Shown: positions 10,228 to 23,126 of the stretch, piece after piece
How positions within the stretch are numbered: position 1 is the first letter of the stretch
How the letters are laid out: every line of letters begins with the position of its first letter
Origin: an uncultured Kangiella sp.
GTDB taxonomy: Bacteria > Pseudomonadota > Gammaproteobacteria > Enterobacterales > Kangiellaceae
Reading direction: 5' to 3'
DNA length: 64,000 bases
NCBI GenBank assembly: GCA_950096615.1
Contig: CATNCP010000002.1
Coordinates: 61,270-125,269, forward strand
Position numbers and translations under genes: made by a program
The notes under the pieces: model-generated
Told to the model about the DNA's origin: nothing
Seen by the model: the letters and a program-made list of their open reading frames with translations, nothing else
The model's database searches: none

Positions 10228-10941
10228 TTACGCAAGCAGCAGGATACTGGCATTGTAGCTTGCGTGGCATAAAATCGGGCCAAGGGTGGAGCGACTATAT
10301 TGACGAAGTAGCGCCAAGAAAATCCCCAACAGTAAAATAGCGCTCATACCAACCCAGTAATCACTGTATTCTATTAGGTGGAAGCCCATAAATACAACTG
10401 CTGATGCACAGATTGCGACAATTGTGCCGAAGCGTTGCCGCAAAGAATCATAAAGAAGTCCGCGAAAGAGGTATTCTTCAAATGCCGGAGCAAGGCAAAC
10501 GGTGGCTATAAATAATACGGTCAATGCTATGGCGCCGTCTTGTTTGATCAGGGCAAAAGTGTTGACGTCACCGGGTTGTGGCGGATAGTAATGACTGGCA
10601 AGGTTAACTACAGCGGCTATAGCGACACCAGTCACGATAGAAATCAATAACCAGAGAACGGATGACTTCAGTAGTGGTATAAAGCGGTTATGGAAATATT
10701 CTTTTGTCATCCATACCAGCAGGCCATAGGAAAAAAGGATGGATCCTGTGATAGATGCTATCAGTGCTAAGCCTGATGATTGACTGCTAACGGTGCGACC
10801 AGTTACGGGAAACAAGGGTTCAAAAAGCAGTAGCAATAGGCTGGTGGTAAGTGACAATATCAGTAAAGTCGCCAGCGCTAGCCACAAATGGTAAATAATT
10901 TGGATGTTACTATCCGTTTTATTGTTAGGCTGTTTGATCAA
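10228..10941 (-). CDS. CPBP (Abi/CAAX type II) intramembrane glutamic endopeptidase
   Basis: Multi-TM protein with PAFEEYLFRG, FMGFH and CHASYN motifs. Confidence 0.88.
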   Translation of the reverse strand: MIKQPNNKTDSNIQIIYHLWLALATLLILSLTTSLLLLLFEPLFPVTGRTVSSQSSGLALIASITGSILFSYGLLVWMTKEYFHNRFIPLLKSSVLWLLISIVTGVAIAAVVNLASHYYPPQPGDVNTFALIKQDGAIALTVLFIATVCLAPAFEEYLFRGLLYDSLRQRFGTIVAICASAVVFMGFHLIEYSDYWVGMSAILLLGIFLALLRQYSRSTLGPILCHASYNASILLLA

Positions 10942-11114
10942 AGTTTTACGTTGGTATTTTTATAAAGTATTGATTTTAGGTTGATTCGATCAGAAAAGAT
11001 AGTCAAAAACTGTTCAAAAGTTAAACAAATAAGAGTATGATCTCGCTCCCTAATCGCCAAGGGTTTACAATAGCCCTTTAGCTTATGAATCAACTAGGTT
11101 AGAAGTTCTAATTT

Positions 11115-13025
11115 ATGCGTTATCCAGAAAATTACTCAGTCATTATTATTGGCGGCGGCCATGCGGGAACCGAAGCGGCGCTGGCCTCTGCGCGTATGGG
11201 CGTGAAAACCTTATTATTGACGCATAATATTGATACGTTGGGCCAAATGTCGTGCAACCCTGCGATAGGTGGGATTGGTAAAGGGCATCTGGTTAAAGAA
11301 ATTGACGCATTGGGCGGAGCAATGGCCAAAGCGATTGATCGTGCCGGTATTCAGTTTCGCACGCTCAATGCCAGTAAAGGTCCTGCGGTACGAGCCACTC
11401 GCGCTCAAGCGGATCGTGCTTTATACAAATCGGCGATTCGTGAAATCCTAGAAAACCAAGAAAACTTAAGCATTTTCCAAAATGCTGTGGTTGATTTAAT
11501 TGTTGAGAATGAAGGCCCTGGTCAGGAAGCGGGGCAAAAAGTCGTCGGCGTTAAAACTCAGATGGGCTTGGATTTTTATGCGGATGCTGTGGTATTGACC
11601 GTTGGAACTTTCTTGGGCGGTAAAATACACATTGGCACCGAAAATCATTCCGGTGGTCGTGCGGGCGATCCACCGTCGATTGCGTTAGCCGATCGTTTGC
11701 GCGAACTACCTTTCCGCGTAGATCGTTTAAAAACAGGTACACCGCCACGCATCGACGCTAAATCCGTTGATTTTTCGCAGCTGGAGCAGCAGCCCGGCGA
11801 TACGCCAGTACCGACCTTCTCTTTTATGGGCGATTCGTCTCAACACCCTGAACAGATTTCCTGCTGGATCACGCATACCAGTGAAAAAACCCATGATATT
11901 ATCCGTGGCGGCTTAGATCGTTCACCGATGTATTCTGGTGAGATTGAGGGAGTTGGTCCGCGCTATTGTCCTTCGATTGAAGATAAAGTGATGCGCTTTA
12001 GCGATAAAAACAGCCACCAGATCTTTGTTGAGCCAGAAGGCTTAAACACCCATGAATTGTATCCAAATGGTATTTCAACCAGCTTGCCGTTTGATGTGCA
12101 GATGGACTTCGTTCGATCGATTAAAGGTTTTGAGAATGCCCATATTACACGCCCAGGCTACGCCATCGAGTATGATTTCTTTGACCCTCGTGACTTAAAA
12201 GCGTCGTTAGAGACCAAGTTTATCAACGGCCTCTACTTTGCTGGACAGATTAACGGTACCACTGGTTACGAAGAAGCTGGTGCTCAGGGCTTAATCGCGG
12301 GCATGAATGCTGCGTTGCAAACGCAAGGCAAAGATAGCTGGTCACCGCGTCGTGACGAAGCTTATATTGGCGTTTTAATCGACGATTTGATTACACGTGG
12401 TACGCAAGAACCTTATCGTATGTTCACGTCGCGCGCAGAATACCGTCTAATTTTACGCGAAGACAACGCGGACTTACGTTTAACCGAGCGCGGGCATCAG
12501 CTGGGCTTAGTCGATGAAGCGCGTTGGGTAGCGTTTAATCAAAAGCGTGAAGCGATTGATGGTGAATTGAAGCGTATCTCTAAATTAGTAATTACGCCCG
12601 AAAGCCAAGCAGCACAAGAGTTGAACAAAGTTCTGGAAAAACCGCTTAGTCGTGCTTATAAAGCTCAAGAGCTACTGCGTCGCCCTGATGTTAGCTACGA
12701 CATGTTGATGTCGCAGCCTAATTTAGGGCCAAAAGTTGAAGATCCTAAGGTGTCTGAGCAAGTCCAGATCCAAACCAAGTACTCGGGCTATATCGACCGT
12801 CAGAAAGATGAGATCGAGCGCAATTTACGTAACGAGCATACTGAACTGCCAAGTGATATAGATTATACCCAAGTAAAAGGGTTATCTAACGAAGTGGCGC
12901 AAAAACTCCAGAACCTAAAACCTGAAACCATTGGGCAAGCCAGCCGAATTTCAGGTGTTACGCCAGCCGCGATTTCGTTGTTGTTGGTGTATTTAAAGAA
13001 GCGGAAGCACCTTAAATCAGCATAA
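11115..13025 (+). CDS. mnmG: tRNA uridine-5-carboxymethylaminomethyl(34) synthesis enzyme MnmG (GidA)
   Basis: [44 protein letters not shown]. Confidence 0.99.
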   Translation: MRYPENYSVIIIGGGHAGTEAALASARMGVKTLLLTHNIDTLGQMSCNPAIGGIGKGHLVKEIDALGGAMAKAIDRAGIQFRTLNASKGPAVRATRAQADRALYKSAIREILENQENLSIFQNAVVDLIVENEGPGQEAGQKVVGVKTQMGLDFYADAVVLTVGTFLGGKIHIGTENHSGGRAGDPPSIALADRLRELPFRVDRLKTGTPPRIDAKSVDFSQLEQQPGDTPVPTFSFMGDSSQHPEQISCWITHTSEKTHDIIRGGLDRSPMYSGEIEGVGPRYCPSIEDKVMRFSDKNSHQIFVEPEGLNTHELYPNGISTSLPFDVQMDFVRSIKGFENAHITRPGYAIEYDFFDPRDLKASLETKFINGLYFAGQINGTTGYEEAGAQGLIAGMNAALQTQGKDSWSPRRDEAYIGVLIDDLITRGTQEPYRMFTSRAEYRLILREDNADLRLTERGHQLGLVDEARWVAFNQKREAIDGELKRISKLVITPESQAAQELNKVLEKPLSRAYKAQELLRRPDVSYDMLMSQPNLGPKVEDPKVSEQVQIQTKYSGYIDRQKDEIERNLRNEHTELPSDIDYTQVKGLSNEVAQKLQNLKPETIGQASRISGVTPAAISLLLVYLKKRKHLKSA

Positions 13026-13033
13026 AGTTCAGT

Positions 13034-13256
13034 TGAGGGTTTCGCCCTTCAGCGAGTTACTTTCTCTTGTTCGTGCAAGAGAAAGTAACCAAAGAGAAGC
13101 ACGCCCCTAACATTAGGCCTTCGGCTTCCCTGACGGTTTAAAATTATCACGCGCCGTCAAACGAAACTTCCTGTTTCGTCTTGACTAAATTGGGCTGACC
13201 CTGCCCAATTTTCGCTATAATTTTAAACCGTTGCGGCTAATGTTAAAGGGGTTTTT
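13034..13256. repeat. Multi-hairpin palindromic intergenic element (MITE/REP-like or structured RNA)
   Basis: Perfect 14-bp inverted repeat 13056-13069/13076-13089 and perfect 15-bp inverted repeat 13134-13148/13218-13232. Outer TAACATTAG/CTAATGTTA pair (13109-13117/13238-13246). Inner stems ACGAAAC/GTTTCGT and AAATTGGGC/GCCCAATTT. Confidence 0.75.
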
Positions 13257-13329
13257 GGTGCAAACTGATAAGTTCGGTGTCAATACAGAGTAAGTGCTCT
13301 AATTGTAAATATAAATAAAGAGTTAAAGT

Positions 13330-13974
13330 GTGAATCCTCAGCTAAAACAACTTCAACCAGAATTTAATCAAGAGTGTGAAAACTTAAGTATTTCGGTTTC
13401 TGATGAGCAAAGTGATCAGTTGCTGACCTATTTGTCGTCGTTATTGAAGTGGAATAAGGCATTTAACCTGACGGCGATTCGTGATCCCAAGGAAGGCTTG
13501 TATCTTCATTTGTTGGACTCGGTGGTGGTGTCGCCTGCGGTGGCTGAGTTTGATTCTTGCTTGGATGTGGGAACTGGCGGTGGTTTGCCGGGAATTCCGT
13601 TAGCGATTTTAAATCCTGATAAAAAATTTACCCTGTTGGATACTAACAGTAAAAAGACGCGCTTCTTGAAGCAAGTGGTGTATGAGTTGGGGCTGGAAAA
13701 CGTGACGGTGGTGAATAAGCGGGTACAAGACTTTAGCCATGATACAGGGTATGCTTGCATTCTTTCGCGTGCTTTTGCGTCGTTAAAAGATATGACCGAG
13801 TGGACCGAGCATTTGTTAGCTGATGGTGGTCAATGGTTGGCGATGAAAGGTTTGTATCCACAAGAAGAGATTGATGATTTAGATTCTTCATTAAAAATCG
13901 TGGATTCAAAGCAAGTAAAGGTTCCCAATCTCGACGCAACGCGGTATTTTATTTATCTTCAAAAAACACAATAA
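13330..13974 (+). CDS. rsmG: 16S rRNA m7G527 methyltransferase RsmG (GidB)
   Basis: KWNKAFNLTAIR, LDVGTGGGLPGIPLAI, SRAFA. Confidence 0.98.
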   Translation: MNPQLKQLQPEFNQECENLSISVSDEQSDQLLTYLSSLLKWNKAFNLTAIRDPKEGLYLHLLDSVVVSPAVAEFDSCLDVGTGGGLPGIPLAILNPDKKFTLLDTNSKKTRFLKQVVYELGLENVTVVNKRVQDFSHDTGYACILSRAFASLKDMTEWTEHLLADGGQWLAMKGLYPQEEIDDLDSSLKIVDSKQVKVPNLDATRYFIYLQKTQ

Positions 13975-13993
13975 CAGTAACTTGAGGTGATCT

Positions 13994-14764
13994 GTGGCTT
14001 ACATCATTGCCATTACCAATCAAAAAGGCGGCGTCGGCAAAACGACGACGAGTGTGAATCTTGCAGCATCGCTGGTGCAGGAAAAGCAACGTGTGCTAAT
14101 GGTTGATATGGACCCTCAAGGCAATGCAACTATGGGCTCGGGTGTCGAGAAGTCAGATTTAGAATTATCGGCGTACGACTCTTTAATGGAGCCAGAAGAA
14201 GTTAAAAGTCACATTGTCACTTCTGACGTTGCTGGCTACGATGTGTTGCCCTCAAACGGTGATTTAACCGCAGCCGAAGTTCATCTATTAGAGTTTGATG
14301 ATAAAGAGAAGCGCTTAAAGCAGGCGTTACAGTCAGTGAATGACTTATATGACTTCATTTTGATTGATTGTCCCCCTTCTTTAAACATGCTGACGTTGAA
14401 CTCTATGGTGGCGTCGGACTCTGTAATCATTCCAATGCAATGTGAATATTACGCTTTAGAGGGATTGTCGGCGTTGTTAAATACCATTCGTCAGGTTCAA
14501 GAGCACGTTAATCCAAACTTAAAGATTGAAGGCATTTTGCGCACCATGTATGACCCGCGAAATCGCTTGTCTCTTGAGGTTTCAAGGCAGCTGTTTAGTC
14601 ATTTTGCGGATAAAGTTTATCGTACAGTGATTCCTAGAAATGTGCGTTTGGCAGAAGCGCCGAGCCATGGGGTTCCGGTATTATTTTATGATCGTAGCTC
14701 AAGTGGCTCAAAAGCGTACCTAGCGCTGGCAGGCGAAATTATTAAGCGCAGAAGCGCAGCATAA
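13994..14764 (+). CDS. parA: Chromosome partitioning ATPase ParA (Soj)
   Basis: Deviant Walker A NQKGGVGKTTT, DMDPQGNAT, IPRNVRLAEAPSHG. Confidence 0.97.
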   Translation: MAYIIAITNQKGGVGKTTTSVNLAASLVQEKQRVLMVDMDPQGNATMGSGVEKSDLELSAYDSLMEPEEVKSHIVTSDVAGYDVLPSNGDLTAAEVHLLEFDDKEKRLKQALQSVNDLYDFILIDCPPSLNMLTLNSMVASDSVIIPMQCEYYALEGLSALLNTIRQVQEHVNPNLKIEGILRTMYDPRNRLSLEVSRQLFSHFADKVYRTVIPRNVRLAEAPSHGVPVLFYDRSSSGSKAYLALAGEIIKRRSAA

Positions 14765-14792
14765 GTAAAGCAATAAAATTAGAGGACTTTTC

Positions 14793-15698
14793 ATGAGTAA
14801 ACGTGGTTTAGGCAAAGGTTTGGATGCATTGCTGGGCAATAGCACCAGCAAAACAGCTAGAGAAGCAAAAAAATCAGGTGCCAGCGCTGACTCAGAAACG
14901 ATATTGAGCCAAGACGGTGTGTTGAAAGAAATGCCGATTGAGTTCTTACAGCCCGGTCAGTATCAACCACGACGTGTGATGACTGAAGAAGGCTTGGAAG
15001 AACTGGCTGACTCGATTCGAGCACAAGGAATGATTCAACCGATTGTGATCCGTCCGATCGCAAAAGATAAATACGAAATTATCGCTGGGGAGCGCCGTTG
15101 GCGGGCTGCTCAACGTGCTGAACTTCATCAAGTCCCTGTTTTAATTAAAGAAGTCCCTGATGAAGCGGCCATTGCCATGGCTTTGATTGAGAATATCCAG
15201 CGTGAAGATCTCAACGCCATGGAAGAAGCAAATGCGCTGCACCGCTTAAAAGAAGAGTTCAACTTATCACACCAACAAACGGCTGATGCTGTGGGTAAAA
15301 GCCGTACTACAGTAACCAATTTATTGCGTTTGATGCAGCTCACGGATGCCTGTAAAACACATCTTGAGCGCGGTGATATGGAAATGGGACATGCTCGAGC
15401 TTTACTAGCCCTTGAAGGTTCTCAACAGTCTGATACGGCTAAACTTGTGGTTCAAAAAGGTTTAACCGTTCGAGAAACCGAAAAATTGATTCGTAATATT
15501 AATGAACCGAAGAAGAAACCGAAGAAAACGGACAAAGATCATCACATTGTCGCACTAGAGCAACAATTAGCCGATAAGATCGGTGCTACTGTGGCTATAA
15601 ATCACGGCAACAAAGGCAAAGGTAACCTTGTTATCAATTACCACAGCTTGGATGAGCTAGACGGAATATTACAACATTTAGGTATTAATCAAGACTAG
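14793..15698 (+). CDS. parB: Chromosome partitioning protein ParB (Spo0J)
   Basis: GLGKGLDALL, YQPRR, IIAGERRWRAAQ, GKSRTTVTNLLRL. Confidence 0.98.
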   Translation: MSKRGLGKGLDALLGNSTSKTAREAKKSGASADSETILSQDGVLKEMPIEFLQPGQYQPRRVMTEEGLEELADSIRAQGMIQPIVIRPIAKDKYEIIAGERRWRAAQRAELHQVPVLIKEVPDEAAIAMALIENIQREDLNAMEEANALHRLKEEFNLSHQQTADAVGKSRTTVTNLLRLMQLTDACKTHLERGDMEMGHARALLALEGSQQSDTAKLVVQKGLTVRETEKLIRNINEPKKKPKKTDKDHHIVALEQQLADKIGATVAINHGNKGKGNLVINYHSLDELDGILQHLGINQD

Positions 15699-15838
15699 AA
15701 CACAAGTTATAGGGATTACTATAACTAATTGGTCATATGAGGTAAAAAAAACACTTTTGTGGCTGTGGATTGGTTGATAAAAGGCGGGTAAATCTTTATA
15801 CTTGCCGCCCGAATTGTGGTGAAACTGGTATTTCTGGC

Positions 15839-16213
15839 ATGAGTCAATCATTAGCTCGAAAAGGCCGAAAGCAGGCCTACAAAATGGTGCTTGTGCAGCT
15901 AGCAATCAGTTTTATCTTGTTTCTGATAGGTCTACTCATATCAGGAACCATCAGCCTTTCGCTAGGGGTTGGTAGTCTTATTGTGGTGTTGGTCAACTTT
16001 GTCTTTGCCACAATCGTATTTCGCAAATCAGGCGCGCAAGCTGCTCTAGAAATAAAACGAGCGTTTGCAATTGGTGAAAGCGTTAAATTAATGCTGACCA
16101 TTCTGCTCTTGGTTATTGCGTTTAATGTATTACCGGTGCATGCGGGCTCATTGTTAATAGGGTTCGTTGTTATTGTGTTATCACAGTGGTTTGCCCCGTT
16201 AATTATTAAGTAA
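15839..16213 (+). CDS. atpI: ATP synthase protein I
   Basis: 4-TM small protein ahead of atpB. ATG at 15839 (MSQSLARKG) preferred over the track start 15770. Confidence 0.85.
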   Translation: MSQSLARKGRKQAYKMVLVQLAISFILFLIGLLISGTISLSLGVGSLIVVLVNFVFATIVFRKSGAQAALEIKRAFAIGESVKLMLTILLLVIAFNVLPVHAGSLLIGFVVIVLSQWFAPLIIK

Positions 16214-16296
16214 TTTATTACAAAGAGATTTAAGGGGACGCTGACTTCCGCTGATGAAGAAAAAGCGTTTTACTTGATTTAAAGCATAGGGTTTAA

Positions 16297-17178
<882 letters not shown>

Positions 17179-17261
17179 TCACTGTCGACGTTTCAAGGCA
17201 AAGATTAGTAAAGAGTTTAAGTTTTAGAGTTTAGTTTTAATATTTAGTTTTTAACATTTAA

Positions 17262-17552
<291 letters not shown>

Positions 17553-17614
17553 TAAGATTGCACGCTGGTATTTATACCAAAACCATGACTAACTACTAGA
17601 GAGGGGGAATCAAA

Positions 17615-18085
17615 GTGAATGTAAACTTGACCCTAATTATCAATATGATTTTCTTCGCAGCCTTCGTGTTTTTCTGCATGAAGTTTGTGTGGCCACATAT
17701 TATGGCTGCTATCGAAGAACGTCAGAATAAAATTGCCGAAGGTCTGGCAGCTTCTGAAAGAAGCCAAAAGGACCTTGAGCTTGCTCAAGAAAAAGCAGCT
17801 GAGATTTTACGTGAAGCGAAAGGCCAATCTGCTGAATTAGTAGATTCTGCTAAAAAGCGTCACACTGAAATCGTTGATTCTGCTAAAGACGATGCTCGTG
17901 CCGAGGCTGATAAAATTAAGTCAGGCGCACAAGCTGAAATTGAGCAAGAAGTTAACCGTGCTCGTGAACAACTACGCTCTAAAGTTGCAACTCTTGCAGT
18001 TGCAGGTGCTGAGAAAGTGATTGAGCGCAACATTGATGAAGCGGCGAACAATGACATGTTCGATAAGCTAGTCAAAGATCTATAA
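17615..18085 (+). CDS. atpF: F0F1 ATP synthase subunit b
   Basis: N-terminal [18 protein letters not shown], coiled coil. Confidence 0.98.
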   Translation: MNVNLTLIINMIFFAAFVFFCMKFVWPHIMAAIEERQNKIAEGLAASERSQKDLELAQEKAAEILREAKGQSAELVDSAKKRHTEIVDSAKDDARAEADKIKSGAQAEIEQEVNRAREQLRSKVATLAVAGAEKVIERNIDEAANNDMFDKLVKDL

Positions 18086-18094
18086 GGGTTAACT

Positions 18095-18631
18095 ATGGCA
18101 GAGCTATCTACTATTGCAAGACCATACGCAAAAGCAGCATTCGAATATGCTCTTGGTTCTCAGACTGTGTCTGAGTGGGCAAGCATGTTAGATTTTGTCG
18201 CTCAAGCCGTTAGCAATGACAAAGTGGCAGCACTAATTACTAACCCTGCCCTTTCTTCTGAAGAGAAAGGTGACGTGGTGTTAAAGGTTGGCGAAGGCCA
18301 CTTAGTCGATAAAGTACAAAACTTTATTAAGTTGCTTGCAAGAAATAATCGCTTAGAAGCATTGCCAGCAATTCGCCAGCGTTTCGACGTGTTAAAAGCG
18401 AATTACGATAAGACAGTTGATGTTGAAGTAACATCAGCGGCAGCCTTAAGTGACGAACAATTGCAGCGTCTAACTGACAAGTTGACGACAAAACTTGGTC
18501 GTAAGGTTAACATTGAAACACAAGTGGATTCTTCAATGATTGGTGGACTGGTTATCAGAGCCGGTGACATGGTCATTGACGGATCAATACGCGGTAAGCT
18601 CAACAAGCTTTCCGAAACGCTAAGAGCTTAG
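18095..18631 (+). CDS. atpH: F0F1 ATP synthase subunit delta
   Basis: STIARPYAKAAF, IGGLVIRAGDMVIDGS. Confidence 0.98.
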   Translation: MAELSTIARPYAKAAFEYALGSQTVSEWASMLDFVAQAVSNDKVAALITNPALSSEEKGDVVLKVGEGHLVDKVQNFIKLLARNNRLEALPAIRQRFDVLKANYDKTVDVEVTSAAALSDEQLQRLTDKLTTKLGRKVNIETQVDSSMIGGLVIRAGDMVIDGSIRGKLNKLSETLRA

Positions 18632-18643
18632 TGAGGAAGAAGC

Positions 18644-20191
18644 ATGAGTGTGCAACTGAATCCATCTGAAATTAGCGAGCTGATTAAAAAGCGTATCGAC
18701 TCTTTTGAAGTTGTGAGCGAAGCTCGTAATGAAGGTACAATCGTTAGTGTATCTGACGGTATTTTACGTATACATGGTCTAGAAGAAGTCATGGCTGGCG
18801 AGATGATTGAACTCCCTGGCGGTAAATATGGTATGGCTTTGAACCTAGAGCGTGACTCAGTCGGTGCGGTAGTACTAGGTGACTACTCAGACATCGTTGA
18901 AGGTATGACTGCTAAATGTACGGGTCGTATTCTTGAAGTACCAGTTGGTCGTGGTCTTCTAGGTCGTGTTGTTGACGCCCTAGGTAACCCTATCGACGGT
19001 AAAGGCCCAATCGATAATGACGGTTTCTCTCCAATCGAAAAAATTGCACCAGGTGTAATTGAACGTCAATCGGTTGATCAGCCTGTTCAAACTGGTATGA
19101 AATCTATCGATGCGATGATTCCTGTTGGTCGTGGTCAGCGTGAGTTGATTATTGGTGACCGTCAGACTGGTAAAACAGCTATTGCTATTGATGCGATTAT
19201 CAACCAAAAAGGCACAGGCGTTACTTGTGTCTACGTAGCGGTTGGCCAAAAAGCATCAACAGTAAACAACATCGTTCGCAAATTAGAAGAGCACGGTGCA
19301 ATGGACCACACTATCGTGGTAGCTGCGACAGCAGCTGAAGCGGCTGCATTGCAGTTTATCGCTCCATTCTCTGGTTGTTCTATGGGTGAGTTCTTCCGTG
19401 ACCGCGGTGAAGACAGCTTAATCGTATATGATGATTTGACTAAACAAGCATGGGCTTACCGTCAAATTTCATTACTATTACGTCGTCCTCCAGGTCGTGA
19501 AGCATACCCTGGTGACGTATTCTACTTGCACTCACGTCTTCTTGAGCGTGCTGCGCGTATTAACGCAGACCACGTTGAAAAGATCACGAACGGTGAAGTA
19601 AAAGGTCAAACGGGTTCATTGACGGCATTGCCTATCATTGAAACTCAAGCTGGTGACGTATCAGCATTCGTACCAACTAACGTAATTTCGATTACTGATG
19701 GTCAGATCTTCTTGGAAACTGACTTATTCAACGCAGGTATCCGTCCGGCGGTTAACGCGGGTCTATCGGTATCTCGTGTAGGTGGTGCAGCACAGACTAA
19801 AATCATTAAGAAACTTGGTGGTGGTGTTCGTTTGGCACTGGCCCAGTATCGTGAGCTTGCGGCCTTCGCACAGTTTGCATCGGATCTTGATGACGCAACT
19901 CGTGCACAGCTAGAACACGGTCAGCGTGTTACTGAGCTAATGAAGCAAAAGCAATATGCTCCATTATCAGTAGCGGAAATGGCTGTTTCTTTATACGCAG
20001 CAGAAGAAGGTCACTTGAAAGATGTTGAAATCAACAAAATCGGTGACTTTGAAGATGCATTGCTAGACTACTTCAAGAACCAGCAAAGTGACTTGTTGAA
20101 TGAAATCAATGAAAAATGTGATTACAACGACGACGTCAAAGCGAAACTTGAAGAAGCTTTAACAAAGTTTAAGTCTACGCAAACTTGGTAA
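18644..20191 (+). CDS. atpA: F0F1 ATP synthase subunit alpha
   Basis: [31 protein letters not shown]. Confidence 0.99.
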   Translation: MSVQLNPSEISELIKKRIDSFEVVSEARNEGTIVSVSDGILRIHGLEEVMAGEMIELPGGKYGMALNLERDSVGAVVLGDYSDIVEGMTAKCTGRILEVPVGRGLLGRVVDALGNPIDGKGPIDNDGFSPIEKIAPGVIERQSVDQPVQTGMKSIDAMIPVGRGQRELIIGDRQTGKTAIAIDAIINQKGTGVTCVYVAVGQKASTVNNIVRKLEEHGAMDHTIVVAATAAEAAALQFIAPFSGCSMGEFFRDRGEDSLIVYDDLTKQAWAYRQISLLLRRPPGREAYPGDVFYLHSRLLERAARINADHVEKITNGEVKGQTGSLTALPIIETQAGDVSAFVPTNVISITDGQIFLETDLFNAGIRPAVNAGLSVSRVGGAAQTKIIKKLGGGVRLALAQYRELAAFAQFASDLDDATRAQLEHGQRVTELMKQKQYAPLSVAEMAVSLYAAEEGHLKDVEINKIGDFEDALLDYFKNQQSDLLNEINEKCDYNDDVKAKLEEALTKFKSTQTW

Positions 20192-20264
20192 GAATAAGTT
20201 TTAAAGGGTGCGCTATGCGCCCTTTTCCACTTACCAAACACTAATTTTAGACTGGAAATAGAGT

Positions 20265-21125
20265 ATGTCAGGCGCTAAAGAGATTCGTACCAAAATTGGG
20301 TCGATTAAGAATACGCAAAAAATTACTTCTGCGATGGAAATGGTTGCAGCAAGTAAAATGCGTAAAGCGCAAGATCGTATGGCATCATCACGTCCTTACG
20401 CTGAAAAAATCCGCACTGTGATTAAACACATTGCGCAAGGTACTCCAGAGTACCGCCATGCTTATATTACTGAGCGTGACGTTAAGCGTGTAGGTTATAT
20501 CGTGATATCAACAGATCGTGGTTTATGTGGCGGTTTGAACATTAATTTGTTTAAGCAAGCACTAAACAGCATGAAAGAATGGTCTGAACAAGACATTGAA
20601 GTTGATATGTGTCTAATTGGCAGCAAGGCAACTGGCTTCTTTAAAAGAGTCGGTGGTTCAGTTGTTGCAAAGACATCGAACTTAGGCGATACGCCTGAAG
20701 TTGATGACTTAATTGGCGCAGTTAAAGTGATGTTGAAAGCCTACGATGAAGGTCGCATCGATCGTTTATTTATCGTAACTAACGAGTTTGTGAACTCAAT
20801 GACGCAAGAGCCAAAGGTTGAGCAATTATTGCCGCTTCCTGTTGGACAAGATGATGAACTGCGTCACCACTGGGACTATTTATATGAGCCAGAAGCTAAA
20901 CCACTTTTGGACAAATTGATGGTTCGCTTTATCGAGTCACAAGTCTATCAGGCAGTTGTTGAAAACATCGCCTGTGAGCAAGCCGCACGAATGGTAGCGA
21001 TGAAAGCTGCTTCGGATAACGCAGGTGATCTTATTGATGACCTTGAGCTTGTTTACAACAAAGCACGTCAGGCAGCTATTACTCAAGAGTTGGCTGAAAT
21101 TAGTGCTGGTGCAGCTGCGGTTTAA
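20265..21125 (+). CDS. atpG: F0F1 ATP synthase subunit gamma
   Basis: [32 protein letters not shown]. Confidence 0.99.
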   Translation: MSGAKEIRTKIGSIKNTQKITSAMEMVAASKMRKAQDRMASSRPYAEKIRTVIKHIAQGTPEYRHAYITERDVKRVGYIVISTDRGLCGGLNINLFKQALNSMKEWSEQDIEVDMCLIGSKATGFFKRVGGSVVAKTSNLGDTPEVDDLIGAVKVMLKAYDEGRIDRLFIVTNEFVNSMTQEPKVEQLLPLPVGQDDELRHHWDYLYEPEAKPLLDKLMVRFIESQVYQAVVENIACEQAARMVAMKAASDNAGDLIDDLELVYNKARQAAITQELAEISAGAAAV

Positions 21126-21157
21126 CACATTGCTTTTACGTAATTAATTTCGCGTAA

Positions 21158-22579
<1,422 letters not shown>

Positions 22580-22628
22580 TCAGCCCTGCTTAATTGTTAA
22601 GACTAATTGTTAAGAAAGGGGGGACCTA

Positions 22629-23054
22629 ATGGCAATGACTGTACATTTGGATATCGTTAGCGCAGAAGACTCAATCTTTTCAGGAAAGGTTGAACGCCTT
22701 ATTGCGACAGGTGATTTGGGTGAGCTAGGTGTTGAACCTGGCCACGCTCCCCTACTAACGTCATTAAACCCAGGCCCAGTCAAAGTTACTTTACCTGGTG
22801 GCGAAGTAGAAATGTTCTTCGTTTCTGGTGGAATGTTAGAAGTTCAACCACACATGGTAACGGTACTGGCTGATACGGCTGTTCGAGCTGAAGATGTTGA
22901 TGAAGCGAAAGCTTTAGAAGCAGAAAAAGACGCTCGTGAAGCTTTGTCTGATCAAAGTTCTGAAATTGAATACTCTAAAGCGGCTGCAGAGCTTGCTGAG
23001 GCAGTAGCACAATTGCGTACTTTGAGAGCAATTAAGAAGAAAAGCGGTAAGTAA
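22629..23054 (+). CDS. atpC: F0F1 ATP synthase subunit epsilon
   Basis: [31 protein letters not shown]. Confidence 0.98.
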   Translation: MAMTVHLDIVSAEDSIFSGKVERLIATGDLGELGVEPGHAPLLTSLNPGPVKVTLPGGEVEMFFVSGGMLEVQPHMVTVLADTAVRAEDVDEAKALEAEKDAREALSDQSSEIEYSKAAAELAEAVAQLRTLRAIKKKSGK

Positions 23055-23081
23055 CTCTTTTTAGTTGTTAGAAGTGTTAAG

Positions 23082-23107
23082 AAAGGTGGCGTGAGCCACC
23101 TTTTTTA
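23082..23107 (+). terminator. Rho-independent terminator of the atp operon (possibly bidirectional)
   Basis: AAAGGTGGC-gtga-GCCACCTTT followed by a T-run; lies between convergent genes. Confidence 0.85.
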
Positions 23108-23126
23108 TTGGTAGTAAAAAACTAAA

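Noticed and set aside
6807-10941. Integrative genomic island at the mnmE 3' end
   Set aside because: No integrase, and no duplicated mnmE 3' sequence was found downstream. Treated as a simple accessory insertion.
13994-15698. parS palindromes expected near parAB/oriC
   Set aside because: I inspected several CACGTG cores (e.g. ~6196, ~31983, ~37438, ~39300) and none matched TGTTTCACGTGAAACA well. A by-eye scan is not exhaustive, so absence is not claimed.
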